Both the position numbers and the translations under genes were made by a program. Below the pieces are notes generated by a model. The model searched no databases and was not told the DNA's origin. It saw only the letters and a program-made list of their open reading frames with translations. Positions 26,671-40,900 of a stretch of 64,000 nt of DNA are shown piece after piece. The stretch is from Phoronis australis (taxonomy: Eukaryota > Animalia > Phoronida): contig NMRA01000031.1 in NCBI GenBank assembly GCA_002633005.1, positions 144,436 through 208,435 of the forward strand, written 5' to 3'. Each line of letters starts with the position of its first letter. The stretch's first letter is position 1.

Positions 26671-29085
26671 AACATATCTATGGACGGTTCCATAAAAAAT
26701 TCCTGCAACGGAACAAAGTTGCAAAAAAACAGAGATTATAGCCTCATTCAATTTTATGAGATTGGTGGATTGAGTTTTCGTAAGCATGCATTCTAACAAT
26801 GGCTATCGATGAGTGAAGTTGTGATTTTATTGTGATGACCACCTTGAATAGCTCACTTAGAGCATAGAACTGCCACCTTACGGAAGGCCTCAAGTTCGAT
26901 GATGAGAGGGAGGCGTCTTCGCCGTCACCGTACTACTTCATACAACATGTGGGTAATGAAATGCTCCTCAACGAAGACCGATATATTTCTCGGATAAGTA
27001 ACTGCTTAAATATAAAACAATTTGCAACTACTGTGGACCAAGTTTTTTACTCAGTTTTGAAAAATTTTAAATTTTAAACTTCTTCAGCAAGAACCTATTT
27101 TATTAGCTGGAAGAATTGTTTTGTATTTTTTTCTCGATAAAACCAGAAGAAATGCGACATGATGTAACCTATGGGGTAGGAATATAGGCTAAAAGAAAAA
27201 GTTGCAACGCGCATAATTTTGGAACCGGACAACTTCATAATGGCAGGTGGTCTAAATCAAGGTTTTGAGAACGAGGCGGATTTAAAACATCCGCTTCATT
27301 TAGCAGCTACAAAATGACATTTGATTATCTACACTTTAATTTTTCTACCCTGTCGATTTCCAATGAACTGTCCGAAAATTACAGACATTCTTATAACGAA
27401 AATGTAGTCATCCGTGAATTCAGTGGATTCAGATATGCTGATTAGAGCAATGATCGTACACTGCTACATATAGCTAGAACAAATTACCCGTTTTGTGGAT
27501 GCCGAGATACGTAACGACCAGTTCATAATATACTCTACTTTGAAAAGTCGATGGTTTTCATAAATTTGTGAGCTGCACGGCTAACTTTCTAATCAAACTT
27601 TAACATGCTTCCTCGAAGCAAACAATAATTATTTATAAATTTCTAGTCAAATATTATAAAAATCAGCTAAGTCCAATTGACGTGAAATACAACGATTTTG
27701 ATGTTTTGCTAACTGTAAGTTCGCTGGCGACTCTCCCCTATCAGAACTTTACACACGTGGTAAATATTGTACACTTGGAAGTTGTCGGTTTACCGCACTT
27801 GAAACACTAAGGTGTAGTGCTTTCTAACGCTTTCTAGTCTTAACTCCAATTACAATACATTTTTTAAAAAACACTTGAAACACACGAGTCCATCTGATAC
27901 AGGGCGGCGTCTTTGACTTGTCACGTGTCAGGCGTAGTAGTAACTAGTGGTAAAGTTTTATTTAAAAACGAATCAAGATAAAAAATCGTTAGCACACGTG
28001 GTAGTTATCGACTAATTAAACTATTTACAGAAACTAAGAAACATGAGGTGCAAATCAAGACTTCACATTTTGGATGTGTATAAAACTAACCCGGCTAGTC
28101 ACGGTGGCCAAGTCCGAGTCGCCAAATCCACGGTATCCGTTTATAATAATTATTTTAGTCTCTCCACTTAACTGTTGGACTGGTGATGTCACGTCGTGGG
28201 AAAAACGTACCCATGACTTAACTTGCGGTGATTAGGCTTGAGAGGAGTGGATAGGCTCCCATATCGTGGCACCGCTGCACAACGCGGCTGTGGTGGTAAA
28301 AATTACCCCCCGAAAAGGCTATATTTAGTGGCCAAAGAATGGTAACCGGAGGCAAGGGTACAGGGCTATGCATTATACACACCATCGCCTTGGTTGCTGC
28401 CAATCCACTGCACGGGGAGCTCAGCGCCACACTGACTCGGGCAGAATCTAAGGCAGGGCTGGAAATAGGGGGCAACACGGTGAAAACAAAACGCCGACTT
28501 CGTTTGGTGTTTGTTTTGGTCGGGGGCGGTATAGGCACTACAGTCACGGTCACTGTCAATATTCCCTGGCTGGAAATTTTCCCGTGAAAACGAGTGAAAT
28601 GTGGTCCGTAACTCGGGTCAATTCTTTTAGGACTGTCTCGGAGTGCGGGCATTCTGTGTCCCAGCCCGGCGGGCCAGGGTCGCGGCCAGCACGAACATGA
28701 TGGGGAAGACCCGAGGTCCCCAGCACATTGCCTTTAGGCTGTTTCAAAATTCCTTGTTGAAACACGGCCGGTAATCCAATTTCCGGTAGCTGTGGAAAAT
28801 GAGAGATTGCGTCCCAAAATGAACACACCTCAACGCTTGGAGTTCAAATTCAGTTCCCGTGGATCACTCAGACTCAGCGCGGGCCTACTGCATGGTTGAG
28901 GATTTTTAATGTGGGTGCGTCAGTCATGACGCGCTCCGTCTGTGTAGTATGCACGGTAACGGCAAGCCAACGATTCAGTTTTGAAGAACAAGCGTTCATT
29001 GCCCAATAGTATTGGAAACTAAAAACATCAAGAAAGTGCAAAGACATTCAACCTTTCAACAATGAGTTTAATTTTATTTATTTAA

Positions 29086-29810
29086 GGACTTAAACTTCTT
29101 TTTCGATCTACGGTTTGTGAATTTAAACCACTGATGTAGATCCTGAGTCAATAAACAATTTGTTGCCATTTGAACTGTGAGAACATTTGTGTACACTTTG
29201 TAGAGCTGTCCGACATTCATCAGTATCTTTGAGACATCTTTCAAATTAGACAATCGTTTAGTGTAGTTTGCAATTTGATGACCTTATGATAGATTGAAAT
29301 TTCCCAGTGTCATCTTGCAACTAAGTTCAGTGAAGTATCGCCATTTCTTGCACGATTAGCTTGTAAATGTCAAAAGTCATCGTTCAATCAGTCGGTTTTC
29401 GTCGATGCATATAAATATGGAATCAGAAGCCAACAATCATTCCATGGGCAAAGCGTTTACTTTGACTTAATGACTTAATTCCTTTTTGATCTGTTGTTTG
29501 TGAATTTAAGCAACACATCTTGTGCCTAATTCAAAAAGGAATGCATAAATTTTCATTTGAATTGTGAGTATATTTTTGGGAACTGTCCGAATTTCATCAA
29601 TGTCTTTGACAGTTATTTTAGATAGGCAAAAATCGTATAAATGTAATTTACTGTTTGGGTATGGGATTATAGAATTTTTCCAACTTCAGGCTGCAACTAA
29701 ATTCACTGAAACATCACGAATTCTTACAAGATTAGCTTTTAATTGCAACAATAATCTATGAATGTCGATTTTCCTAGATACATAAACACGTAAATCAGAA
29801 ACCAACGAGT
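29086..29810 (+). repeat. Old, diverged tandem duplication, ~370-385-bp unit
   Basis: Collinear anchors gtttgtgaatttaa, catttgaa.tgtgag, ctgtccga, tgcaactaa.ttca.tgaa, gattagctt, aatcagaa.ccaac in both halves. Confidence 0.75.
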
Positions 29811-31559
29811 TTGTTTATCAAAACGAAATGTTATATGCAATTTCCGTAGGCGTGCTTGCAGATTTTTGAGGGGTAACCATGAACGTGGGAGATGGGGCAT
29901 TGGTATTAAGGTGCATCTTTGATCAATTCAGAGGTACCTATAACCGTTCACGAGTTAAACTTAAACTCCAGAAACGCTGAAATTTGTATTATGATTGCGA
30001 GTACTTTGAGTACCCCCATTCGACGTGTAGGTCCCCACACGGTCATCACAAGTCGTAGTATCGTCAGCCTTTTCGACATGTGCGAATTCCTTACAAACAA
30101 CTCCTTTGTAACGATCTTCAAAAGAAATACTATTCTTGTGATACTATGGGGTGAAAGTAACGTTATGTTATAAATAACCGTCGGAAAACAGTCATTTTGT
30201 GTAATTCATAAACAGTGGTCTTCACGTTCTTCAAAATTCCACCTTTTCGATGGCGGTCAATCTTATTGTATTTTTCACATTTTTGTTTTTTGGGTCGCAT
30301 GTCTTGATACTGCTGCGTTGTGCACAAATGTTTTATGTTCATTTTGATGAATCTGGAATCTCAAGTTACCCTCGTGAATACTTGGCAATGTCAGTGGGAT
30401 TTGCGTGTATAGAGGGACAAAGGGACAATTCCCCCGAACCACCCCACCGAGAGAGGGTCCCGTCTGAAATGGGATACATAAAGATGAAAGGCTAAACATC
30501 ATTAACTGAAGGCTGGAAAAGAGTGACAGTTCATTCCATCGTCGTGTGACCCTGCCAAGAAAAGACCTTCCTCAAAATGAAAGTCCGGTTGTTCGATATA
30601 TAAAAAACAGGAAAATAGAGGTAATCGACGCCAACATTGAGCCCTCTCTCCGTGAGCGGTCCCTTAAGAATTTGTCATTAAAAACAGGAAAAGTGTGGCC
30701 ACTTGAATGTCATCAATGGCCCCCTTGAAGGGCTGGGCCATTAAATGTGAAAATATATTCAAAGACCAGGAATATCGCAGCAAATTGATTAATTGATGTT
30801 ATCTGTCAGGTCATCAATTTTTCTCAAGTGATATACAATTTCGAGAAAGAAATAGAGCGACAGTCGCCTCCGTCATCCGTATACTTATGAGGAGCCCGGC
30901 TGGAAAAATGTCACATTAGTTTGCATTCGCAAGATTGTCTTATTGAATTTAAAAAAGTGTTCTCGATTTTTCGAAATACAACCATGAATTATTAAGTGCA
31001 CGTTTTCAAGTGCTTTAGACGACCTATACTGCAAAAACGGCCCTAACAATAATGTTCTGGCCAGGGCCCTCAAGTCAGTGCAACCATGCACTCACTGACG
31101 ATCTTCTCTTCAATTGACTGAATTTTCTCCGTCTTACCGTATTCGCAGTCTTTTCTCGACTGTCCGCGGCTCCACGCTTATATGTCGGTTGCGACGGTAT
31201 AGCCATGACACGTACAAATTTTGGGGGTCCGTGCCCCCCCCCCGCTTCCTACGGCCCTGCGGGTAGGCTATGCGGCTTTGACGGACTTTTTTATCCCCCG
31301 GAGAAATGTTGCGCCGGTTCACCTATTGGCCCTCATGCAAGTGTGCCTTTTGGTTTCAGAAGTGCAGCTTTCCCAAGAAATGAGTAGTTTATCTGCTTTA
31401 GTGTGCCGGTCGCCCCCAAAACCACCGCATTTATAGTAATCCGCAGCACGACTTGTCCGCGGCGGGGAAGCGGGCACGGCTATAGCCGCGGGGGCCGGGA
31501 ATTGAAAAGCAAGCATTCGCATGAACCCTGCAATTTTCTCAGTAAGTTATCGAAGGCAA

Positions 31560-31800
31560 AAATATGACGATTAGACGCCTGGCAGCACAAATTGGCTCAG
31601 CTTAAGTGCATTGTAGGCCTACCCAATACGATGCCCTGAGACACCCGCAATGAGTCTACTCCGCCGGAGTTCAGTCGACGCGGTCCCCGGCCGAGCAAGT
31701 CAAGTGTTTTGTCGCAGTGGCGCTGTCTGTCAAGATTGAACGAATCATCTTGTTATCGATCACTTTTGCCGGATCTGACGTGGTGTAGACTAAGATGGCG
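31560..31800 (+). promoter_or_regulatory. STT3B proximal promoter / 5'UTR, CpG-rich, with CCAAT boxes, UPRE and YY1-type motif
   Basis: ATTGG 31591-31595, CCAAT 31623-31627, TGACGTGG 31776-31783, AAGATGGCGG spanning the start codon. Confidence 0.55.
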
Positions 31801-31967
31801 GACACCGGTGTGCGTAGTCAAGAGGTCCGCAATCCATTGTTGAATCCAGGCGGTGCAAAAAGTTTGATAATATTTTTCGTGCTTGCTCTAGCATGGCTGG
31901 CAGGTTTCAGTTCTCGTTTATTTGCTGTCATACGGTTTGAAAGCATCATTCACGAATTTGACCCTTG
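31795..31967 (+). CDS. STT3B: STT3B exon 1 (coding part)
   Basis: [10 protein letters not shown]...[17 protein letters not shown](W); donor TG|gtgagt. Confidence 0.93.
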
Positions 31968-34900
31968 GTGAGTTGTGAGGGCAACAGAGATGTAGATTTT
32001 CATTGAAATTGACTGTCTCAGTCAGTACTCTAGTCTAAGTGTCTCACCAACCTACTGTGTGACTTTCACTTTCAATAGCCCTTTGCCTTAATCTTAGACG
32101 TTCGCAGCGTGTATGTGAGATCAAGGTGCCTACGCCGACGATTGCAAGCTCACTGTTTGAAAACAAAGCAGTGACATGAGTTCTTTTAAAGAAGGTGACC
32201 AATTTTCAACCTGCCCCTGCTGTCCTCTCTGGCTCAGGCAGGGATAAGAATGCATGCAGTTCACAATATTTTGTGTTCCCAAATAGCATCAACAGATTAA
32301 GCGATTCCTTTTCAGCAAGAGCTGGGTTATTCCATTCCATATTTTCATAAAACGCAGTTCTCTTCAAAATTGGTGGAGTTGTTTGACAAGCGACACCAAG
32401 GTTTAATTATGCAAATCTGTTTTTGGTAATATTCAGAAAGCTAGGTCCCTGATTCAATAATGCCTGCTATTCAATGGGTGTAACTGGTTCTCAAATCACT
32501 TATAATCAGGGACCCACCTGATGCTGATGGGGGGGGGGGGGGGNTTTGCTGGTTTCGGAAGCTTTTCACTACAATTACCTAGTTTAGTTCAAATTTTCGG
32601 CTGTTGCAAGGTTTGGTGAACTCAGTTCCCATTTGATGATCTGAGTATTTTGCCTAGTCTTGTCTTGTCTTGTAATTCCCTGCGATTGTTTGGCGCAGCA
32701 CCGTCTTGCAACGTAGTAATCTAGGGGTAGAAGTCCAAAACAAGCTGATCTCCAGGAATGGTCATATCACAGATACGTGGAGCTCATAGGAGCACTGCCT
32801 GTGGACAATTATAACGCACAGGATGGAGGATTTCGGAGCACAATAAGATAAAGATCCGGTTCCTGGTCAGTGGCACAATTCACGGCATTAATATGGCACA
32901 GATGCATTAATAATGATACGAAGCACAAAGCAAGTCACTGATCCATCTACAGCATCACTGATTTAAAATCCAGGACATCATTTCTGAGTTAATGTCACAA
33001 TACATGTTGTCAGCGTCACAATATAGAGCTCAAACGAAGGTACGGTGTCAGTCCACAGCACTATTATTTTTGGCGTACAAGGGCTCACTGGGGATTGTCA
33101 CAGCGAATAATGTATAGGTACCAGCTACATTGTGTGATGCACAGCATAGGTCAGAGCCATCATAAGTAACAATCCAAGGAAATGCAATGATAATTAAACA
33201 TTATGGATTTGAGTCGTAGAGACTAGTGGTGATGAAATGTTTGTCCATGAGTCAGTATCTCGTGTGTCCAAGATACCGTTGCACCACAGTGTCCGTCAGT
33301 ATAGTTGCATTTGGCAACTTCATGCCATGCTTACTAGTAGTGTCAGGTAGCTGTATGGAGACTGTCGTCAAAATACAGCTAGGTGCTACCATGTGGTGAA
33401 AAACAATCTAATAAACGTAATTTTTTTTGCGTAATTCTATGTAACGAATTGCTGTTAACTCATAGATTTCAACTAATAAAACATCCTTTTATTATATCAT
33501 GACCTCATGGTCTCAGACAGGAAGTTGATGACAACAGGAAGTAGCTCTGACTAAACTATCATTACGACTTAAGTCCAACAATCCGAATAAAATGTGTAAT
33601 CGAACATCACGTCACATTCTGTGCCTTTCGTAACAAAGAAAAGTCTGTTGACGTTTTGAAAACGGTACGCTCGTGACACGCGCACGCGCCATGTCCTAAA
33701 ATTTTGTGACATCTCTTGGGAGATGATGACAGCTTTGCAGCAGTAAAATTTGTTCTGAAATTCTGTGTGCTGATCATATTAAAATACTTGTAATGAAACG
33801 AATCCCATTCTGATAATTTGTTGTGACATGTACGCAACCTCGTGGAAGAGAACTGTTCATTGAAAAATTAGGGAAAAAGAAACTGGTCAATACAGGCGAC
33901 ACAATATTTCATGGCGTCGAAATTTTAGCAACATAATAACCATAGAATGCTAATTTTTCCAACACCGGTAAATAATTGAGTTTACTCAAGGAAGAGAGTA
34001 GTTTTTAATGACACTAATTTTGTGTCATTTTTACAGGCATCGGTGCACAGTTGTATATTCAGTATATAGCTTTACACCAAGGCTACGTCGAGTTGTACAT
34101 GTGATGGCCGTTTTCCTTGTGATGTGGCAAAGTGTGCCATTCTACTGCCTCATAGTTAAACAAGTTGATGGAGTTTTAGGGAAAAGGTTGCTGACATGAA
34201 CAGTTTGTTCTAGAATGGTTTCCAAAAGAGTTCCGTACACTACTTGAACATGATGGCTATGTCTTGAACATGATGGCTATGTCTTGAACATGATGGCTAT
34301 GTCAAGTGTAAACTGAATGGTTTGGTTGGCAAATTCTGATTACTGAGCTTAATTTGTTATCAGTTATCAAAAAATTCTACCCGTGGGCGATTAGAACGAT
34401 TTTAATACCTGAAAAGTAGTAGTTTTATCATTTTTGAATAGTTTCAAGATATGAGCATTGCAAGTTCACCGGGTACTCTAATTCAGTGCAAACTTTGTTA
34501 AAGTCATAAATTGGAATTTAGGAGTTCATTGGTCCAAAAAAAATTGATATTTGTATAAACCTTGTTGTGTCTAACAGTTCCCCCAATTTTGAGGAGAACC
34601 TTGCAAAACAACGGATTTTTGTGGAAAATCTGATTTAGATAATTACCTAGCTTGCAAAGGCTAGTATCCTATTAAGAAATATTGTGTAACGCATAATTTT
34701 TGAAAATTAGCATTTTCAATTCATTTCCTTTGTTAGTTTGTGACATGTTGAAACTAATTGTCTGCTGAGACTGCAAGTAGGACACAATAGCATTACCCTA
34801 CTCTATAGCCTTGCTGTAAATCTGTATAAGTATACAGCTTTGCACCGTTGTGGATGAAAACTGGCCAAATAAAATCTGACAAAATTAATGTCATTAAAAA

Positions 34901-37900
34901 CTGCAGGCTTCCTTTCAAGTGAACTAAATTAGTTACCGTAAAAATCTCCATTCTGCCGTTATTCTACTGCTAAATTAGTGCGTCGGCTTTCACCACCATC
35001 GAAGACAGCTTTACCTATCGACCAATTTTCTTTTCACCGATTTTGCAATCAGCTGCTCTTCTTTCACAAGGTTAAGTACATGTCTGAGCAATTATCTGAA
35101 TTGTTTTCACTTTGTTAATTAAGTCGAGATGAGACAGAAATGTTATAACATTATTTATCTAGGTTCAACTATAGATCTACACACTATATGGTGACACATG
35201 GCTTCTACAACTTTCTCAACTGGTTTGATGAAAGGGCATGGTACCCACTTGGTCGAATTGTGGGTGGAACGGTAAGGATGTGAGCAATCAGGTATTCCTT
35301 GGTGCATCAAGTCATCATGTCCTTAAATTGATTCTGAGATTGATTTTCAGTAGTTTTGTTTGCATGTCCAGTCGAACATAGATGTTACAGCCGCATTACG
35401 GCCATTGAAGATGGGGGTGTGGCTCAGATGTGATACAGATTGATGTGGGTTTCAACATGGTATTGTGGCAGAATATTTAATTGCCCATTACAAATATGTC
35501 TAGTTTAGTTTCAACTCCAGACAGAAGTCCACATGTGCGCATGGCTTTGTTTTGCGTCATGAGTTATGCAACAATTATATACCAGGATGAAGAAAATATT
35601 TGTTTGAGTGTACAATATTGTAATTTACTTGTACCAGTGTTTTTATAGTGTCATCGCTATTACAGTAATTGCTCTGTTCCACTCAAAAGGATTTTAGGAC
35701 ACAGCTCATTATGAGGAAAATTGATGATACCAGTGGTTTTTGACGAAGTACAAGCTGTCTCATGAAATTTCTAATGCATTTATTCCCTTTAAGAGTGCTT
35801 GAGTACCAGTTATGTGATTGATGGCTAGTTAAATGTGACGAATTTCATAGATAAAATAAAAGTAATTACGTCTACTGCCTTGCTGCTTGTGTTGCATGAC
35901 GCTTTCCATTGAGAAAATGAATAAATGGAACCATCTTGGATGGCTAGCCAAAGAAATATTTTCAGTCCATTGAGTGTGGCCTAATGGTTATTTCATACAG
36001 TGTTGACTAAAGGACCAGTCCTAGTTAAACTCTGTAAAACACAGCATGCGGAGACAAGTGCTTAGTTCCCATGTCAGTTATAAAGTAGCTTAGAGTAATT
36101 CATAACCAATGAGTCATAGTGGCCTTTTTGTTCTTGAATGTCTGTAAGTTGAAACAAAGAATTGACCAAACCCTCAGAGATCTAGTATTATTTTTGTAAT
36201 GAGAAATGCTTTGAATTTGGCTTGGGAATGGAATGTATGACGCCACTATCAATTTGCAATAAAAACTGTCTTGTTGCAACCTGCTGAAAATTTGAACATA
36301 AATTGTTATATCTTACTTGTAGATCACATGCAACTCACAGATATTATAGATATTGTCTTTTTTATGATTTCACCTTCACTGTAAAAAGCCCGCAAATGAA
36401 TAATTCCTACACCATGAGAAATCTAATGCATCCTAGTTTGGCACTGGTACTGTTGAACTTCAGTTTTAGCTGGTGTTAAAATATTTCACTAGAATTGTCG
36501 TTGTTCTTAATGACTAGTAATCCGTCACAGGTGTATCCAGGCTTGATGGTGACATCTGGGTCCATCCACTGGCTGCTCAGTCTTCTCAATATACCTGTAC
36601 ACATCCGTGACATCTGTGTGTTTCTTGCTCCCATGTTCAGGTGAGGCATGTAAGCTTTGTTGACAAGTCGTCCGTCAGATGATAGTTGTGGCTACTTGTT
36701 GCTTCGTGTGTTTAGCTGAGTGATGATCAACTGTGGTCTAGAAATTAAGTCTTAGAGCAATTGGATGGGAATTTTTTCAAAAGTCTTAAGCAAGGAAGGA
36801 CATTTTTGGTTTTAAAAGTACTTTATTTTATACACCGTATTTTTACAACATCCCAGTTGTAATACAAGGCCAGTGGAAGATCAAACTGGCTCTGCGGAGT
36901 CAAGGTTCCTCAATCTCCTCACTGAAGCCTTTGAGTAAGCTATAATCAGCTGAAGCCAGAATTGTCTTCAACTGTACATGTGTTAGAGAAAGTATATCTA
37001 GCGGCAACGTTCACAAATATTGAATCCCTAGTTTTCAGATATCTCGATTTGTTTGAAAATTACAACTACTGCACTGTACAAGTCTCTTAAAGCCACTAAT
37101 GACTTTGTTCTAGTATTGAAACTAGAGTAAGTACTCGGCCAGTAGCACATGATGGTGGCAGATGTTTATTATAGACGATTGATACGAGATGTGAACTAGA
37201 TACTTTCAGTAGTGCGTAACAGTGGTGGAGAAGTAGTTCTTCATTTTTTAATGTCTCGAGAGAGACAATTTCCTCGCTTGTGTTGAGTTATTCATGGCCA
37301 GTTGTTCAACACGGGTTTGGTGTGTAGCCAGTAGGAATACATGAAAGTTAAAATACTGACAGTTGCTGAAACACAAACAATGAGTTTTAAGTGGAAAAGA
37401 CTAGTCATGCATATGCTATAGACTGCAATGTCTTATTCACTGTAGTCTAAATAAGTCTTCTTGTTACGTATAGCTGTGGTATTCACGTAGCTATTGGCTT
37501 ACAAACTCCAACTTCTCAATCGAGCTGTGAACCGTGGGATGTTTTCCATGAAACGTTCCCATGCTTCATAATTCATTGTTTAGCTCAAATTGATTTGTTT
37601 GTTTTTTATTTTGCATCTTGCATTGTTGATGTTGACAGTAGCTACAATGTGTTTAGACTTCATGACATTGATGAATCTGATTTAGTGATAACTTATGCCT
37701 GCTTCATGCATCATGTGCTTTGTTGGAACTGAAACTATCACACAAAGATGAGAATTACATATCCCTAGTCTGGCTTATCATGCAGAGAATTTTGCTTTTA
37801 AAAATGATGCCTCATACTTAAGTTTAGTCGAGTGGAAATGGTTTTGAAGATAGTAAATTTGCTTATTGCATTTCTTTAAAGTGGCAATAAATTCATGCTC

Positions 37901-40900
37901 TCTGGCAAAAAACTGGTTTTGGTTTGTCCGCTTACCATTTTTATAGTTGAACTCAAATTGTTCCTTAGTCAAATTCGAAGGGATTTCGGATGTTCAGAAG
38001 AATGGATACCGGACCGTTTATTATTGCTTGAAACCATGTCATGTGTACTGAAATTTTGTGAACTTGATAATGATTTAAAGAAATGTGGAAGTTTCAATTG
38101 TTGCCGAGCCCAGAGATCAGTTCTATACCGAGTCAGAATAAGATAAGACTAAGTATTTGTATAATGGTAAGTGCATTTGTATAATGGTAAGTCGATTTGT
38201 ATAATGGTAAGTGGATTTGTATAATGGCAAGTGGTCTAAATCTCTCAGAACTTTTTTTTTTTAAAGAAAGCACGGGTTTAATGATGCTTTAAATGAAGCT
38301 TTGACATTGAATTCTTTATTCCAGTGGGCTAACTGCAATTTCCACGTACTTCCTGACTAAGGAATTATGGGATAGCGGTGCAGGATTATTTGCAGCCTGC
38401 TTTATTGCTATTGGTAAGTGAGGTCAATAGAATTATTATAAATATGAATTAATAGTAAAATAACTCGAGCTTCGGGAAATCTCACAGATTAACCATTGTT
38501 TCGTAGGCAAAATAATGCTTTTTGGTAAAAATTAAAACTGCAAGGTTCCTGAATTTTAGGATGTGTGACAAACTGATGTTTCGTTGGATATTAGGTCATT
38601 AGTTATTTTTTGCCACAGTGATACGTTCAAAGTACAAAATTGGTAACTGGCTTAAAACCATTCCTTGAAAATAGGAAGTAATAGAACAAAACGTTTTGTT
38701 TCAAGTTCTGCACAACAAACATGGGCTTATAGATGAAATGCTACGTTTTCAAAAAAAGTTCGAAATAGTAAACATTCCTGAGTAAGACCCTGCTTGAACA
38801 TAACCTCATAGGTTTATGTGTGAGAATTTATAGTGCATTTGTTGTCCATGTAGATTTGGTGCAAGCCTGCTGTTAAATTGTTTATAGTGATTCTAAATAA
38901 GATAGGATTTCAATTTTCAATTCTGCAATGAGTGGCCATAGTTTTATGTACAAAATGATGTTGAAGTTGTTACTGTCAAAATGTCAATGAAGTTCAAGTA
39001 GGTATGCCAAGACTTAAGTGCTTTTCTAGCTTAACTACTGAATTTCATTTCCTTTATTAAATATTTAATATTCGGTGTGATGTGGAATGGTCCAGTTTTC
39101 CAATGAACTCCATGATCATTTTCTTAAAAGTAGATTGCATTCCATTTTCACATCGGCAAAATTCTCTGAAGCTTTGTTTTGAAAGCATTCTACAATTTTG
39201 CATTCGCGATCTTTGGTAGGTGGCCAGTACAGAGGTTGTTTTCATAAAATCCTCACTGTGCATGCCTCTTTGTTGGTGATGGGATGGTAGTTGTAATCAC
39301 CCTGCATCAATGTTTGAATAACTTTTAAAATGGTTTCTTTCTTATGGCTTAACAACTCAGTGAACTTCAGAGTGCTGTGTTGTTTTTACAAGAATGACTA
39401 CGTTTATTTCAGTTTGTTCTACCACATGATTACAAAATGTGCATAAAATTATGGCCTTTTATTGTGAAGATTTTCGAACCGTCAGTTTCATTTGTAGACT
39501 ATAGTACATAGACCGCCTACTCCGTATATTTTCAATGGACAAAATCTGTGATCTTGCGCATAAGCCGCAACATCACTATTCACTAGCAAAACTGCAAAAT
39601 CGGTCGGTTTTACTTCTGGCAAATACGTTGTCTGCTAATCACAGTCAAATTAGTGCGCTTTTGTAATTTTCTCAGTACATGAGTCACGAATACCAAACTG
39701 TTCTGAGTAACTATACGCTGCTATGTGCAAGCAGACGACAAAATCGGTTGGCACTCAAGTTTGAATTTTGCAGTTACACGACAAGTAGCATTGCCAAAAG
39801 TACTCACGATACCAAGAATTATTTTAAGACTTTGAACAACGTTTCAATGCTGAAAAAAATTTTTCATTGTACCAGACAGTAAAATAGACGCAAGAATTTC
39901 CCCGTCACAATACACTAACCGGAAGCTGAGTTTGGCAATTTAGGAGAGTGGCGCCTCCTGTAGGATATTTCGTAAGATAATGTCGCAGTTGCGAATATAT
40001 TGTCTATAATCTATATTTACATGTATTGCATGTATTCATCCTGCTGCGTAGCCTAGTGCTTCGCTACTGCTGTGAGCCATTCATGGTTGGCTTCTTGTTT
40101 CATTATACCAAATTTTTATTAACAGTTAATGAGTGCTGTGTTTCCTGTTTTCAGTGCCTGGTTATATCAGCCGGTCTGTGGCTGGGAGCTATGACAATGA
40201 GGGTATTGCAATTTTTGCATTGATGTTCACATATTTTCTATGGGTAAGCACTGATTACTTTAAAGCGACGTAGTTTTTATGCGCCCACATACACATAATT
40301 ATGGGGGTGCATATTCCAGTCATCTCTGGGCGTTCGGCATCTGCTGTTGTATCTCCTAAACCACTCACAGAATCTTAATATGAGATGTGGCAGATGTGTT
40401 CCTACGAAGCTGACAAGAGGTGATGAGTTTCAGACCAATTCGATTACCACTTTGTCCTCTTGTGACAATTTTATGTATATACATTTGCCCGTGTCTTAGG
40501 AGTTCCTTGATGGATTTTCATGAAATGTGTCAAATGGGTGTCTATTAAGGAGACAGCGACACCTTCCCATTTTCGAACGGATTTGATGTATTCTGCGCCA
40601 CCCAGTGGCCATTTTTCAAATTTTTAAATCCGTTTTTGGCTTACGCCTTTGTATCCGCCAAACCACTGGAGGAATCATGAAAATTGGCAGATGTGTTCCT
40701 GGTGAGACAGGTTCAACTACTCTAGCTCACTCAAGTGACGATTTTGTTTTTTGCGTCTGCGGCTGTCTTCTTAACCTTTGCAGGGTCTTTGGGAAATTTG
40801 GCTCATGTGTTCCCATGGAGGTGACAACAGATGACGATGGGTTTCAGACCATTCTGACTACCGTTGTACCCCCCCCCCCAGAGTTCACTGTTGGATTTTC

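Noticed and set aside
28218-28828. Overlapping 82-144-aa ORFs in the GC-rich island
   Set aside because: Expected by chance in GC-rich DNA; no domain similarity or splice support.
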